Assembly: GCA_032718475.1 (NCBI GenBank) | Contig: JAUCBJ010002162.1 | Span: forward strand, 1 to 42,269 | Direction: 5' to 3' | Length of the DNA stretch: 42,269 nt | Source of the DNA: Nemertoderma westbladi | Taxonomy: Eukaryota; Animalia; Xenacoelomorpha | Shown: piece after piece, positions 24,605-34,842 of the stretch | Layout of the letters: each line of letters opens with the position of its first letter | How positions within the stretch are numbered: the first letter of the stretch is position 1 | Notes under the pieces: generated by a model | Seen by the model: the letters and a program-made list of their open reading frames with translations, nothing else | Databases searched by the model: none | What the model was told of the DNA's origin: nothing | Program-made: the position numbers and the translations under genes

Positions 24605-25268
24605 AATTAGGGGTGTAGTTACATAATCATTACTACTAGAGGGAATACAACAGAGTTTGTAGTTAGTTGTGAGGAGTTGTAGTTAGAGTTTCGTCTGCCC
24701 TTTGGGCTCGACAACGCTCTAACCTCCTACCCATAGCCTAAGATCTAGGGTTTCTTTAATGACACGCTGCTTCTTATCTAAAATTTTTTGCCGAAATAAA
24801 AACGAATTTGGGCTAAACTGGCTGTGAGTCTAAAATACTCACTTTTTGATCCCAAACTATTATCAGAAAATAAGCAGTCAAGAATTAGTAATAAATATAG
24901 GGGAGTCTATTTATTGACGTAACTTATTGAAACAAGACCGTGTAAAATTTAATTAAATTTTAAGAAAGGCTCGCAAGTCTTCCTCTCTTGTTTCTCTAAT
25001 TTTAAGTTCCACCCGACTGTACCCTGAAATCTATTCACTGGAGAAAATTTTAAAAAATTTTTCAAATCCAAATGGATTGTCTAAAATTTCGAAAATGTCT
25101 CAATATTGTGAGTTCCAAGTAGAATTCCATTTCTTATACCTACAAATCCCGCTCCTATGTGACACATAAGGGTACTACCCTCAATGTTCACATATAAAGA
25201 CAATGGAATTCTACCGCTGTCCTTACTACGGTGTACAGGTACGTGGAAATCTATTTGTAAACTCCTAA

Positions 25269-27320
25269 TTATTTACTAACATTAGGTGGAGATTTGTAGT
25301 CTCCAGACTCGTTACGAGTCTCTTCAAGAAGTACGAGACGTTGAGTCGGTCTGTCTACTGTACGACCGTCAATTGTCCATACCGTCACAGTTCTTGTCAC
25401 TCCATCCATAGATGGATGTGTGGCTAAAATTACACCTGTTATCCAGAAGCGTCTTTTTAAATTCACTTCCGCTAACAGCACGTGATCTCCCGGCTTTAAT
25501 GCGCGGGTGTTATTGTACCAAGTTGTTCTGGCAGAAATAGAGGGCAAATAATGGTTTTGCCATATTTCCCAGAATTTGTTAGCTAGTAGTTGCGTGATTT
25601 TCCACGCTTTTCTACCGTAGCTATCGCTTTCTGTTGGAATTGAAATAGGTATTAATGTAGTCGGTGCCTGCATAAGCAGGTGTGCCGGTGTCAAAGCAAA
25701 CTGAGATTGTTTGTCATCGGGTACTAATACTATTGGTCTAGTATTTAGTATTGCCTCGATTTCAACAAACAGTGTTGTCAGTTGGTCGTCTGTCAATATG
25801 TGGTTTACTGGAATGACCTTTGCCATGGCTGTCTTTATAGATCTAATCAATCTCTCCCAGACTCCACCTCTCCATGGACTATCTGGAGGATTAAACTTCC
25901 AAACAATCTTGTGAGGTTGTAGTTCGTTCGAGATTTGATCATGATCTAATTTCTTAAAGGCTCTAGCAATCTCATTTCGAGCACCAACAAAGTTTGTCCC
26001 TTGGTCTGAGTACAAGCATTTCACTAGTCCGCGTCTAGCGATAAATCGCCGCAATGCTAGTATAAACGCGTTGGTGGAAAGATCCATCACACGTTCAATA
26101 TGAACTGCCCTACTGGACATACATGTGAAAATCAGTCCCCAGCGTTTTACTAGTATACGTCCACGTTTCGTATGTATGGGACCAAAGCAATCAATTCCAG
26201 TCTCTGTAAAAGGTGGTCTGAATGCTTGAAGTCGTGCTTGTGGTAGTTCACTCATTTCTTGGGTACCTATTCTAGAATGTACCTTTTTACAAATAATACA
26301 CGTACGCGTCACTGAACTTAATGCTTTACTGGGTCTAATTAATACAAATCTTGTACGTAAGTAAGAAAGACAGTGGTGTCTTCCAGCGTGTTTCAGATGT
26401 AAATGTGCGTCCAGTATCATTGCACGTTGTAGTTCGTGGTGTTGCGGTATTATTATTGGGTACCTAAAGTTTGTGTTAAAGTCAATGTTTTGTAGCCGAG
26501 ATTTATGACAAATTAAGCCATTATAAATAATCGGACTCCAACTCAATATTGGTGACGACTTGATTGGTTGACCTTGACTTATAGATGTGAATTCGCGTGC
26601 GAAATATCGCAGTTGATAATGGCGAATTAATTTAATTTCACACCTGTCAATCTCAGTCAATGTAAGTCGACGTGTAAAGTCTCGTTTGCCTTTAACGTAT
26701 TGTACAAAACGTACAATCCACGCTAATTTTCGGCACGCGTTTGTCCAAGAATCTGTCAGGTTTACAATACGGTCGACGTAAGTATTTGTGACGTCATCAG
26801 GTAAGTCAATGGAGATTTTGGAAGGTTTTGATTTACTAGAAGGGCCCACGGGTCCGCCGGTAGGTATTCCCTTGTTGACTGTTGATCCGTCCGGGTCTAG
26901 AAGTAATTTGTCCTTCTTCGTCTTCTTACCTTGATTGTCAGTACTTCGTAAGTCGATCGTTAATGGTGGTTTGAACTCTATGGGGTCAGTGGGTTTCGGT
27001 AAACTTATTTTTCTGCCGATATTAATCCCAGGTTTCACCATAGGTTGCAAGTTTGGTATGTCTCTTGAGCGCAGAGTAACACCTGTATTTACATTAGCGT
27101 AAGTACTACCCACATCTGTAATACATGAGGTTTCACCGTGCTTATGGTTGCTCAAGTGTGTCAAATTTGGTAGTTTGTCAATACAAGGCCGCTCCAATAG
27201 GGAAACTGCGGCTTTACTGTTTGTCAATATGTTACTAGTGTCTAGTAGAACATTTTGTGACATGTCTGGTAAAATGTTTCGCGGAACATCCGGCGAAATA
27301 TCTAGTGACGTGTCTGGCAA
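25269..27320 (-). CDS. BEL/Pao integrase region with a long N-terminal linker
   Basis: HLHLKH...CIIC zinc-binding motif; DDE core GIDCFGP / LYSDQGTNF / PWRGGVWERL; C-terminal FWEIWQNHYL...PGDHVLL...DGVTRTV typical of BEL integrases. Confidence 0.95.
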   Translation of the reverse strand: MPDTSLDISPDVPRNILPDMSQNVLLDTSNILTNSKAAVSLLERPCIDKLPNLTHLSNHKHGETSCITDVGSTYANVNTGVTLRSRDIPNLQPMVKPGINIGRKISLPKPTDPIEFKPPLTIDLRSTDNQGKKTKKDKLLLDPDGSTVNKGIPTGGPVGPSSKSKPSKISIDLPDDVTNTYVDRIVNLTDSWTNACRKLAWIVRFVQYVKGKRDFTRRLTLTEIDRCEIKLIRHYQLRYFAREFTSISQGQPIKSSPILSWSPIIYNGLICHKSRLQNIDFNTNFRYPIIIPQHHELQRAMILDAHLHLKHAGRHHCLSYLRTRFVLIRPSKALSSVTRTCIICKKVHSRIGTQEMSELPQARLQAFRPPFTETGIDCFGPIHTKRGRILVKRWGLIFTCMSSRAVHIERVMDLSTNAFILALRRFIARRGLVKCLYSDQGTNFVGARNEIARAFKKLDHDQISNELQPHKIVWKFNPPDSPWRGGVWERLIRSIKTAMAKVIPVNHILTDDQLTTLFVEIEAILNTRPIVLVPDDKQSQFALTPAHLLMQAPTTLIPISIPTESDSYGRKAWKITQLLANKFWEIWQNHYLPSISARTTWYNNTRALKPGDHVLLAEVNLKRRFWITGVILATHPSMDGVTRTVTVWTIDGRTVDRPTQRLVLLEETRNESGDYKSPPNVSK

Positions 27321-27616
27321 AACTCTCTGGTTGACCGTCTAGTAACGTGTCTGGCGATACGTCTGGTAACGTATCTGGTTGTTTGTCAATAGAAGGCCGC
27401 TCCAATAGGGAAACTGCGGCTTTACTGTTTGTCAGTATGTCACCAGTGTCCGGCAGAACATCCCGTGACACGTCCGGCAAAACGTCTGGTTGACCGTCTG
27501 GTAACGTGTCTGGTTGACCGTCTGGCGATATGTCTGGTGTAGAAAGGCTCGCAAGTCTTCCATTCTTGACCTTTGAAGTTATATCCTTCCATTTCGCCTT
27601 CGGTTTTTTCTTGAGT

Positions 27617-30600
27617 TTAGCCGTCGTCCTTTTCTTTGCCTTTCCCTTTTTTTGGTTTCTTGATTTCGGCGTCCTTAGGGATAGTGTTAGACTTGTTGTC
27701 GTATAGTGGCGGCCAATGTAGTGTTGAACCTTGTAAGAATTGTGGTCCGTGTTGCCAAAATTCTTTGTTCTCCGGTTTACAGAATTCCTCAGGCATCATT
27801 CCTCGCGACGCAATATCAGCTGGGTTTTGTGGTCCGGGACAATGTCGCCAATCCTCTTTTATTGAACGGTCTAGAATTTCTGCGCGACGGTTAGCTACGA
27901 ATGTCTTGAATTCAAGTGTGTCGTTGTTTATGTAAAATAAAACCAACGTCGCGTCAGTCCAATAAAATATCTGTAAACTTGACTGTAGTTCCGTCTGTAT
28001 GAGGTTCACGATTGTGGTTGACAGGGTTGCGGCTTGTAGCTCAGCTCGTGGTGTCGTCATATACTTAGTAGGCATTGTTTTTGCCTTAGAAGTAATGAGC
28101 GAAACATCGAATTCTTCTGAGTCTACTTGTCTGCGCAAGTACGCTGCCACACCAAAGCCGTTGTCACTAGCGTCGGAAAAACAATGTAATTCCAAGTTGT
28201 CAGGGAATGTTGTTTGTAATGGAAAGTAGACTCTGGGTATGGAATAATCCTCTAGCGAAGATAATTCCGCCTCCCAGGTTTTCCATAAGTCCACTTGGTC
28301 TGATGAGATCGGCTCGTCCCATGTCAGTCCATCCTTCCAGATACTGCGCATATAAATGCGGGCTTGCAGTATTATTGGACTGATGAATCCTAATGGATCG
28401 AACAATCGGCTCAATTTTGACAAGCATGATCTCTTTGTCAGTGTGTTTTCTTGACTGTCCAATCTCACTTTCACTCGAAAGTTGTCCGTGTTTGGGTCCC
28501 AAAAGAGCCCCAACACCTTGGTCGTCGGTAGTGGTTCGAACTCTAGGTCTATGTCACCACCTCCACGCTCAGTCGTTCCGAATGAGTCTACTAATTCGGC
28601 ACTGTTTGAGGCGAATTTGGTGAGGTTAAAACCTCCGCCCGCTAAGCAGTCCCGTAATTGATGTGCTACTGTTATAGCACGTTCTACTGTGTCACAACTT
28701 TGTAAACCGTCATCTACGTAAAAGTCACGTTCTACGATTTTAATTATCTCTGGGTCATATAAATGTTTCTGATCCCTAGCGGCTTGTTTTAGGGCGTACA
28801 TCGTGCAGTTTGGGCTGTCCCTGGCACCGAAAACGCGGACTTGCATTTGGTAAGTCGCCGGTGGTAGACTTAAGTCTCCTTCCGGGTACCAGAGGAACCG
28901 CAAACTGTCTCTGTCTCGCTCTAACGCTCTCACTTGGTGAAACATCGCTTCAACGTCACAAGTAAAAGCTACTTGACGCTGACGGAAGCGCATAATCACC
29001 CCCATAAGATAATTATTCATGTTTGGTCCATCCATCAACTCACTATTGAGGGACATTCCCTCAAACAGAGCCGCACAGTCATTGACTACACGTACTTTGT
29101 CTGGTTTGTCGGGGTGTCTCACAAAGTGATGTGGCAAGTAGTATGTCTGGTCAGTCACTCGCTCTGGGTTAGTCATTCGGATAGCGTATCCCTTGGTCAA
29201 ATACGTCTCCATATGAGTGTTATACTGCAGATGGGCTTTCTCGTCCTTTAATAGACGTTGTCGTATTGAGTGCAGACGTCTTAACGCTAACGGGTAGTTA
29301 TTTATGAGTTTAGGACTTTGGCTACGCCATAACATCCCTACCTCATAATGTCCGTCTTTCGTCTGGCGGATAGTATCTTCCATGATCTTCAAAGATAGTT
29401 TCTCCTGTTCCGACATACATGGTTCGTAGCTACCAGGTTCAGCTGTATCTTGTTCTAACCACCTGATAGTCTTCTCCGTTAATTCTTTGTCCAGTGCAGC
29501 TTGTTCCACTTGATGGTTTCTTAACGCGTCGTCATCGATATCGACGGGCATTGTTGAGGTTATTGGTGTAGGTAGACTCGCAAGCCTTCCGGCGTTATCA
29601 TCCGTCGTCGATGGAATCTCTGGCTGACTCGTCTTCTCCCCAAGTTCTAAACTCACCTGATGGATTAGCTGCTCCTTGTGGCTTATCATACTAGTTACAC
29701 GTCTGTCATGTTTTGTATGTAAGGTAGTATGGTCCACGTCGTGTGAAAAGGAATGAATTGAATTTGTAGTTAATAAACTACATGTACTTTGTACATCTTC
29801 CTCGTCACTTATGTCTAGTGTGCGCACAGGCGCTCGAGTATACCACCCTATCGGCGTTCTACATGCGTATGCGTTTCCCGCTACGACTGCCGATGGTCTG
29901 GTTTCCCACACTTGATGTAGGTTGAATTGGTCTGTCCCGATCAGCATTGCTACTGATCTGTAATTGACAGGACATTCAGGTACACCAAGGTGTCTGAAAT
30001 ACTTACGGTCCTCTAGAGATTGTTCCGGCACTGGACCTAGTAGGTTACTAAAGTCCTTGGTGGCCGCAAAAGTCAAATCCTTAAAGGGTAACAAAGACCT
30101 CTCCTTTTCGCTGTGTTGCGATTTTGGAAGAAGAGTGTCTAAGTCCAACTTAACTCGTGTCACTGGTATTGCACGTTGTCCGTGCATACTACTTACGGTG
30201 TAACTGACGTGCTTACCTTGTCTGAGATCCGTCACTACATCAGCTATCTTTTCATCCACGTAGCTGTGAGATGAGGCTGAATCTAGAATAGCGTAGATTT
30301 TCTTGCTCCCCTTTGTGCCAGTAATCTTAATCGGAATTACACTGAATCCCTTTAGTTGGTCAGTAGTCAGAAGCGCAATCGATGGCTGTTCATCTCCATC
30401 CGAATATACGTCGTCCTCTTCTGACTCTTCGTCCGACGATCCGGATTGTTCTGAGAAGCAATCCTTAATATGCGTCACGAAAGTTGGAGTCGTTTTCGAT
30501 TCTCGATTCTTGTACGCGGTGTTGCATTTTGCTGCTGCTTCCGGGTGTTCCCTGGCGAAGCGTTTTGTCAGCGTGTGGCTGTCTGTGTGGAGCAGACCGT

Positions 30601-33600
30601 CATGGTTGCGTCCACAGAATGGACAAGTGTCGGTATTTGGGCAATCTTTGCGGATGTGTCCGTGTCGCGTACACCGCCAACAAGAGTCCAATGGCCGTAT
30701 CTGCAGCCGTCGTTCTTCCGAGTTTAACTCACGAAACTGTCGACAACCTCTCAACTTGTGACCGATATACCGCTTGCCTAAATGCTCGCAGTATTGGCAG
30801 CCACTGAAGTCTGTACTGAGTTGCTGTCGAGTCTGTTTTATCCCAATGGGCGCAGATACCCTACTACTGTCCGAGAATTGTCGGGTTTCCGTCGATGTGG
30901 TGTAAGTGGCCGTCTTGGTGGATGTTGTCTGGGGTTTTTGTCGGTTTGAAGATGGCAAGGTGATTCCTTCTGCCACGATGTGCTGGTCAGTGTAGTTGGA
31001 TCGAGTTTCTACCACTGCTTCCCTGGATATCAAAAGGTACACATCCTCCAGTTTTAAGAATCCACCCCGCTCTTCCCGCTGGTATTTGATCTTTCTCCAC
31101 TCCCGACGAAGTCGATGGTGGAGTCGTCCTATGATCTTTAATATGACTGTAGGGGTATTCCCGTAGTCAAGTTGTCCAATGGATCTCAAAGTAGTAATAG
31201 CGTTCTTTATTTCGTCAGCTAGTTTTAACAAGTCGACGGGTTTAGTAATAGCCCCTCCCTTACAGAGTTCCTCTATCACTGACCTGGCCATGCTGACTGT
31301 ACCTACATAGATCGAAGTTAAACGATCGTACGCTAATTCGAAGGCGTCCGGTACACCGACGAAGGTCTCTGCCAAACGTTTAGGTTCTCCTGACAACGTT
31401 TGAAGCAGGTAATTAAACTTCTCCCGTGATGTAAAGGCGCACACGGCGATCTGAGATTCGATATAGTCTACAAAAGTATGCCAGTGTTTTGAGCTACCGG
31501 AAAACTTAGGTGGTTGTTGCACCGGTAGTCCTTGTCTAGCTGCGAATTTCGCTATCTCCTCGGCAACGTTCAAAGTTTCGCGTCCTTGGTTGGTAATCTG
31601 GTTGGTGTCCCTTCTTGGCGCTTTTCTTTGATACGATGTATTGGTCGATGGTATTTGTCTTTGCGGAATGTTTGGATTTCTATTGTGTTCAAATTCGGAA
31701 TTTCTCGAACTGTCGGTTTGAGCTTCCTCCAGACGTTCCTCAATCTGAGCCAACTTGTTAACAACTGGTCGCAGGATGTCGGCGAACTGTTGTGTACTGA
31801 TTGCGTCCGTTGGTTGTAACGCCTTCTGTGTTGGTGTATTGTGTGGAGGATTGTCTACAAAGGAGTTGTCTGAACGCTCGCGTTTATATTCATCGGCCGC
31901 CCCTGTTCTAAATACCTCGCGTTTCGGGTAATCCGATTCGCTCGAAGTACTACTATCATCTGGATATGGTGGTCGACGTGCTCGCGTCCGTTGCGTCGTA
32001 CGAATTCTAACGTTTCGTTTCAGAACATCGTCCACTGATCTCCGTTGTTCGGTAGGCTCACAAGTCTTCCTCGAAGTCGTAGATTGCGATGTAAACTGGT
32101 TGAACGGTCGCGTATCCACTGGTCTCCGTTGTTCGGTAGGCTCACAAGTCTTCCTCGAAGTCGTAGATTGCGATGTAAACTGGTTGAACGGTCGCGTATC
32201 CACTGGTCTCCGTTGTTCGGTAGGCTCACAAGTCTTCCTCGAAGTCGTAGATTGCGATGTAAACTGAATCGGTGGTCGGACGACAGCGTTTGAATCCAAA
32301 GGCTTTGTAGGCCTAAACGTCATTGGGTACGTGTAATGCGTAACAGGTTTGGGCGTCAAAGGTGGACTCACCTGTTTTGTCGTCAGTAGTGCAGGTCCGG
32401 TCAATAAACTACTACGATCGGTAGTCGGTGGGTTACTTACCTTGACTTTCAGAATGGGCGATGACGTTGCTCTTGGCGGTGTAAACTTGTCCGGAATAAC
32501 AAACCTGTGTTCCGTCGCACCATGGATAGGAGAAATATTACTACTACCAGCAATCGAAACAGGTTCCTTAGTCGTAATCGGTACAAACATAGGAGTTACT
32601 CGAGGGAATCTTTGACATAAGTCCTTTACTAGTTGTCTTTCTCGCCCAGGTGCCCCTACACTTCCTTCCTTCATTCGTTCCTGAATTTGGCGGTGTCTTA
32701 CCTCTAACTGGTCTAAATCATGTCCGTCACGAGATCTCATCGATCGATCGCGGGCTTGTAGATCCAGATCTTCCTTCGCGTTGGCTAATTCTCTCGCCTT
32801 CTTCCCGAGTTCGAAATGAAGTTTAACTTCCTTCTCGCGTTGTTCCGTCTGTTGTTGTTGCGCCTCGAACTCTGCTTGTCGTATCGCTGATTGAGCCTTT
32901 ATCTGCCGTTTTTTCATCTCGGCTCTCGCTTCTGAAACTACTCTTTGTCGCTCTAGCTCGGCCGCTGCTGCTGCCGCCGCTGCTTGTCGCTCTGACTCAG
33001 CCGCTGCCGCTGCTGCCGCTGCTTGTCGCTCTGACTCAGCCGCTGCCGCTGCTGCCGTTTGTTGTGCAATATCCAACTCTAACCTTTCCATCTCGGCTGC
33101 TTCCAACTCGGCTTGTTCCTGCAGATGGGAGATTCTTGCTATATTCGCTACACGTAGTTTCTCTTCCTCTGCTGCTGCTTGTGCCATTAGTAATTGAGTT
33201 TGTTCCTCCATTTCCTGTTGTTGTCTGTAGAGCTGCTGTTGTCGAGCAATTTCTGACGTAGCCATACTCACCTCGCCAATTTCGCTCCGAATACTCACCA
33301 GAGATTGATCCAGTATTCCCGGTGCCGGTTCGATTTGTGCGAGTAAAGTTTCCCTCGTAGCCTCCGGCACGGTTTCCCAATCTCCGACGTCCTCGCCACA
33401 CATGCGTAAGTGATCCGTCAGGTGTTTCAATTGTCCATCTAGCCTATACAGTTCCTGTTCTTCCTCGGGTTGCAATAATTCGTCCGAAACTGACTCACCT
33501 AACAACTGGTCCGCTTGTTCCTGTTGTATCTGCCTAATCGTCGACTTAAACTGAATCAGTTTCTCTCTAGCGATCATTAGTTTCTCGAGGATTCTAAGCT

Positions 33601-33781
33601 GAGTATCCATGTCCTGTCTCTGTCTAGCTAGATCTTGCAGACCAATTAAGTTATCTACGGACTTATATACTCTACTTTGTACTCTAACCTGGAGGGTGTA
33701 GAACTCAAACCGAGACATCGGAGCGGTCAACTCGTCTAATATGCGTTGGCCTTCTCCAATACTCCTGGTAATATGCGCCAT
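27617..33781 (-). CDS. BEL/Pao gag-protease-RT-RNase H polyprotein (2054 aa)
   Basis: Gag PPKFSG..WHTF..EKFNYL; Cys/His knuckles CWRCTRHGHIRKDC and CPFCGRNHDGLLH; protease ILDSAS; RT YLPHHFV, VRVVNDCAA, DVEAMFHQV, FGARDSP, YVDD; RNase H FSDAS, PRAELQAA, WTDA, NPADIASRG. Confidence 0.97.
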   Translation of the reverse strand: MAHITRSIGEGQRILDELTAPMSRFEFYTLQVRVQSRVYKSVDNLIGLQDLARQRQDMDTQLRILEKLMIAREKLIQFKSTIRQIQQEQADQLLGESVSDELLQPEEEQELYRLDGQLKHLTDHLRMCGEDVGDWETVPEATRETLLAQIEPAPGILDQSLVSIRSEIGEVSMATSEIARQQQLYRQQQEMEEQTQLLMAQAAAEEEKLRVANIARISHLQEQAELEAAEMERLELDIAQQTAAAAAAESERQAAAAAAAAESERQAAAAAAAAELERQRVVSEARAEMKKRQIKAQSAIRQAEFEAQQQQTEQREKEVKLHFELGKKARELANAKEDLDLQARDRSMRSRDGHDLDQLEVRHRQIQERMKEGSVGAPGRERQLVKDLCQRFPRVTPMFVPITTKEPVSIAGSSNISPIHGATEHRFVIPDKFTPPRATSSPILKVKVSNPPTTDRSSLLTGPALLTTKQVSPPLTPKPVTHYTYPMTFRPTKPLDSNAVVRPPIQFTSQSTTSRKTCEPTEQRRPVDTRPFNQFTSQSTTSRKTCEPTEQRRPVDTRPFNQFTSQSTTSRKTCEPTEQRRSVDDVLKRNVRIRTTQRTRARRPPYPDDSSTSSESDYPKREVFRTGAADEYKRERSDNSFVDNPPHNTPTQKALQPTDAISTQQFADILRPVVNKLAQIEERLEEAQTDSSRNSEFEHNRNPNIPQRQIPSTNTSYQRKAPRRDTNQITNQGRETLNVAEEIAKFAARQGLPVQQPPKFSGSSKHWHTFVDYIESQIAVCAFTSREKFNYLLQTLSGEPKRLAETFVGVPDAFELAYDRLTSIYVGTVSMARSVIEELCKGGAITKPVDLLKLADEIKNAITTLRSIGQLDYGNTPTVILKIIGRLHHRLRREWRKIKYQREERGGFLKLEDVYLLISREAVVETRSNYTDQHIVAEGITLPSSNRQKPQTTSTKTATYTTSTETRQFSDSSRVSAPIGIKQTRQQLSTDFSGCQYCEHLGKRYIGHKLRGCRQFRELNSEERRLQIRPLDSCWRCTRHGHIRKDCPNTDTCPFCGRNHDGLLHTDSHTLTKRFAREHPEAAAKCNTAYKNRESKTTPTFVTHIKDCFSEQSGSSDEESEEDDVYSDGDEQPSIALLTTDQLKGFSVIPIKITGTKGSKKIYAILDSASSHSYVDEKIADVVTDLRQGKHVSYTVSSMHGQRAIPVTRVKLDLDTLLPKSQHSEKERSLLPFKDLTFAATKDFSNLLGPVPEQSLEDRKYFRHLGVPECPVNYRSVAMLIGTDQFNLHQVWETRPSAVVAGNAYACRTPIGWYTRAPVRTLDISDEEDVQSTCSLLTTNSIHSFSHDVDHTTLHTKHDRRVTSMISHKEQLIHQVSLELGEKTSQPEIPSTTDDNAGRLASLPTPITSTMPVDIDDDALRNHQVEQAALDKELTEKTIRWLEQDTAEPGSYEPCMSEQEKLSLKIMEDTIRQTKDGHYEVGMLWRSQSPKLINNYPLALRRLHSIRQRLLKDEKAHLQYNTHMETYLTKGYAIRMTNPERVTDQTYYLPHHFVRHPDKPDKVRVVNDCAALFEGMSLNSELMDGPNMNNYLMGVIMRFRQRQVAFTCDVEAMFHQVRALERDRDSLRFLWYPEGDLSLPPATYQMQVRVFGARDSPNCTMYALKQAARDQKHLYDPEIIKIVERDFYVDDGLQSCDTVERAITVAHQLRDCLAGGGFNLTKFASNSAELVDSFGTTERGGGDIDLEFEPLPTTKVLGLFWDPNTDNFRVKVRLDSQENTLTKRSCLSKLSRLFDPLGFISPIILQARIYMRSIWKDGLTWDEPISSDQVDLWKTWEAELSSLEDYSIPRVYFPLQTTFPDNLELHCFSDASDNGFGVAAYLRRQVDSEEFDVSLITSKAKTMPTKYMTTPRAELQAATLSTTIVNLIQTELQSSLQIFYWTDATLVLFYINNDTLEFKTFVANRRAEILDRSIKEDWRHCPGPQNPADIASRGMMPEEFCKPENKEFWQHGPQFLQGSTLHWPPLYDNKSNTIPKDAEIKKPKKGKGKEKDDG
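32030..32266. repeat. 84-bp in-frame tandem repeat x~2.8 within gag
   Basis: Encodes QFTSQSTTSRKTCEPTEQRR three times. Confidence 0.95.
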
Positions 33782-33787
33782 GTATCC

Positions 33788-34063
33788 TCAGACACTCCTA
33801 ACAACGCTTTCCTGACTTCCTGCTGAACTTACCATGTCCGATTCCCTATATCTAGGTTGCGGAACAGTTAGAAAGTCCTCGGTCCTGCCGTCGCCTCGTA
33901 CTACGGCATCCGGTACTCCCGTTGGATGTACTGGTGACGCACACGGTGTAGGTTCGGTAGGCTCGCGAGTCTTCCCCTGTTGTTCTTCCGCTGCTGACTT
34001 ATCCGCGTCACACGAGTCATAGTCGGTAGGTGTATTTTTCGTATAATCTTGTTTGTCACTCAT
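33788..34063 (-). CDS. Probable true N-terminus of gag, separated from it by an in-frame TGA
   Basis: 91-aa ATG ORF whose stop is followed by two codons (GGA TAC) and then the polyprotein ATG in the same frame. Confidence 0.6.
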   Translation of the reverse strand: MSDKQDYTKNTPTDYDSCDADKSAAEEQQGKTREPTEPTPCASPVHPTGVPDAVVRGDGRTEDFLTVPQPRYRESDMVSSAGSQESVVRSV

Positions 34064-34842
34064 TTCGGTAGTTGTAAGTCAAGTAAAGTGAGTGTCAAAG
34101 TATCAAACTTACCGTATTTATATCTAAACGGTACTAATTACAGTCATATAAAATTAGCCTACCGGCCGATTTTATAGCAGATGGATAAAATTAGCCTAAA
34201 CGGCCAATTTTACAGCAAATAAATGTCACGGAATAAGTATATAATAAAATTAGCCTAGCGGCCAATTTTATAACAAATAAATCGGATAACGATATGTGTT
34301 ATCAAAAGGTAAATTAAATACAATAATACGGACTAATTCAGCAATGAACAAAGAAATCATACGGAATGCATAAATACTTGAGACAGTGGAACCCACAATA
34401 ATTTTAACTAATACGGTAATGCCTAACTTATTTATGCAACTTTTCGAACTCACCCACTCCAATAATTCTCCAGAAAAACAGATTCCCAGATACAAACCGA
34501 ACGTGAACCTTTCCGTTTTTAACGTTGCGGACGAAGCGCGATTTTCCCAACCAAAGTTGTTGGGTTATCTATCTCCCAAACTTGCTAAACACGGTCTTGC
34601 TCCCGTTACAGTCTAGAAATGAGTTTTACTTTACGAAAAATTTTGTACCGGTACAATATGGTATTTAAACCCCTTTTAAACACAGGTATTCAATTCCAAA
34701 ATATTTTACACGCGGTTCAAATCAAATTTTATTTCAAAAAATTAGCACTTAGCTAATCAAATGTAAACTTTTACCTCAAAATACAAAATTTTCAAATAAC
34801 TTTAGTCCTACCGAACCGTAGTTCAGTAAAACATATTCCTAC

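Noticed and set aside
27636-33401. Antisense and alternate-frame ORFs over gag-pol
   Set aside because: Shadows of the long coding frame.
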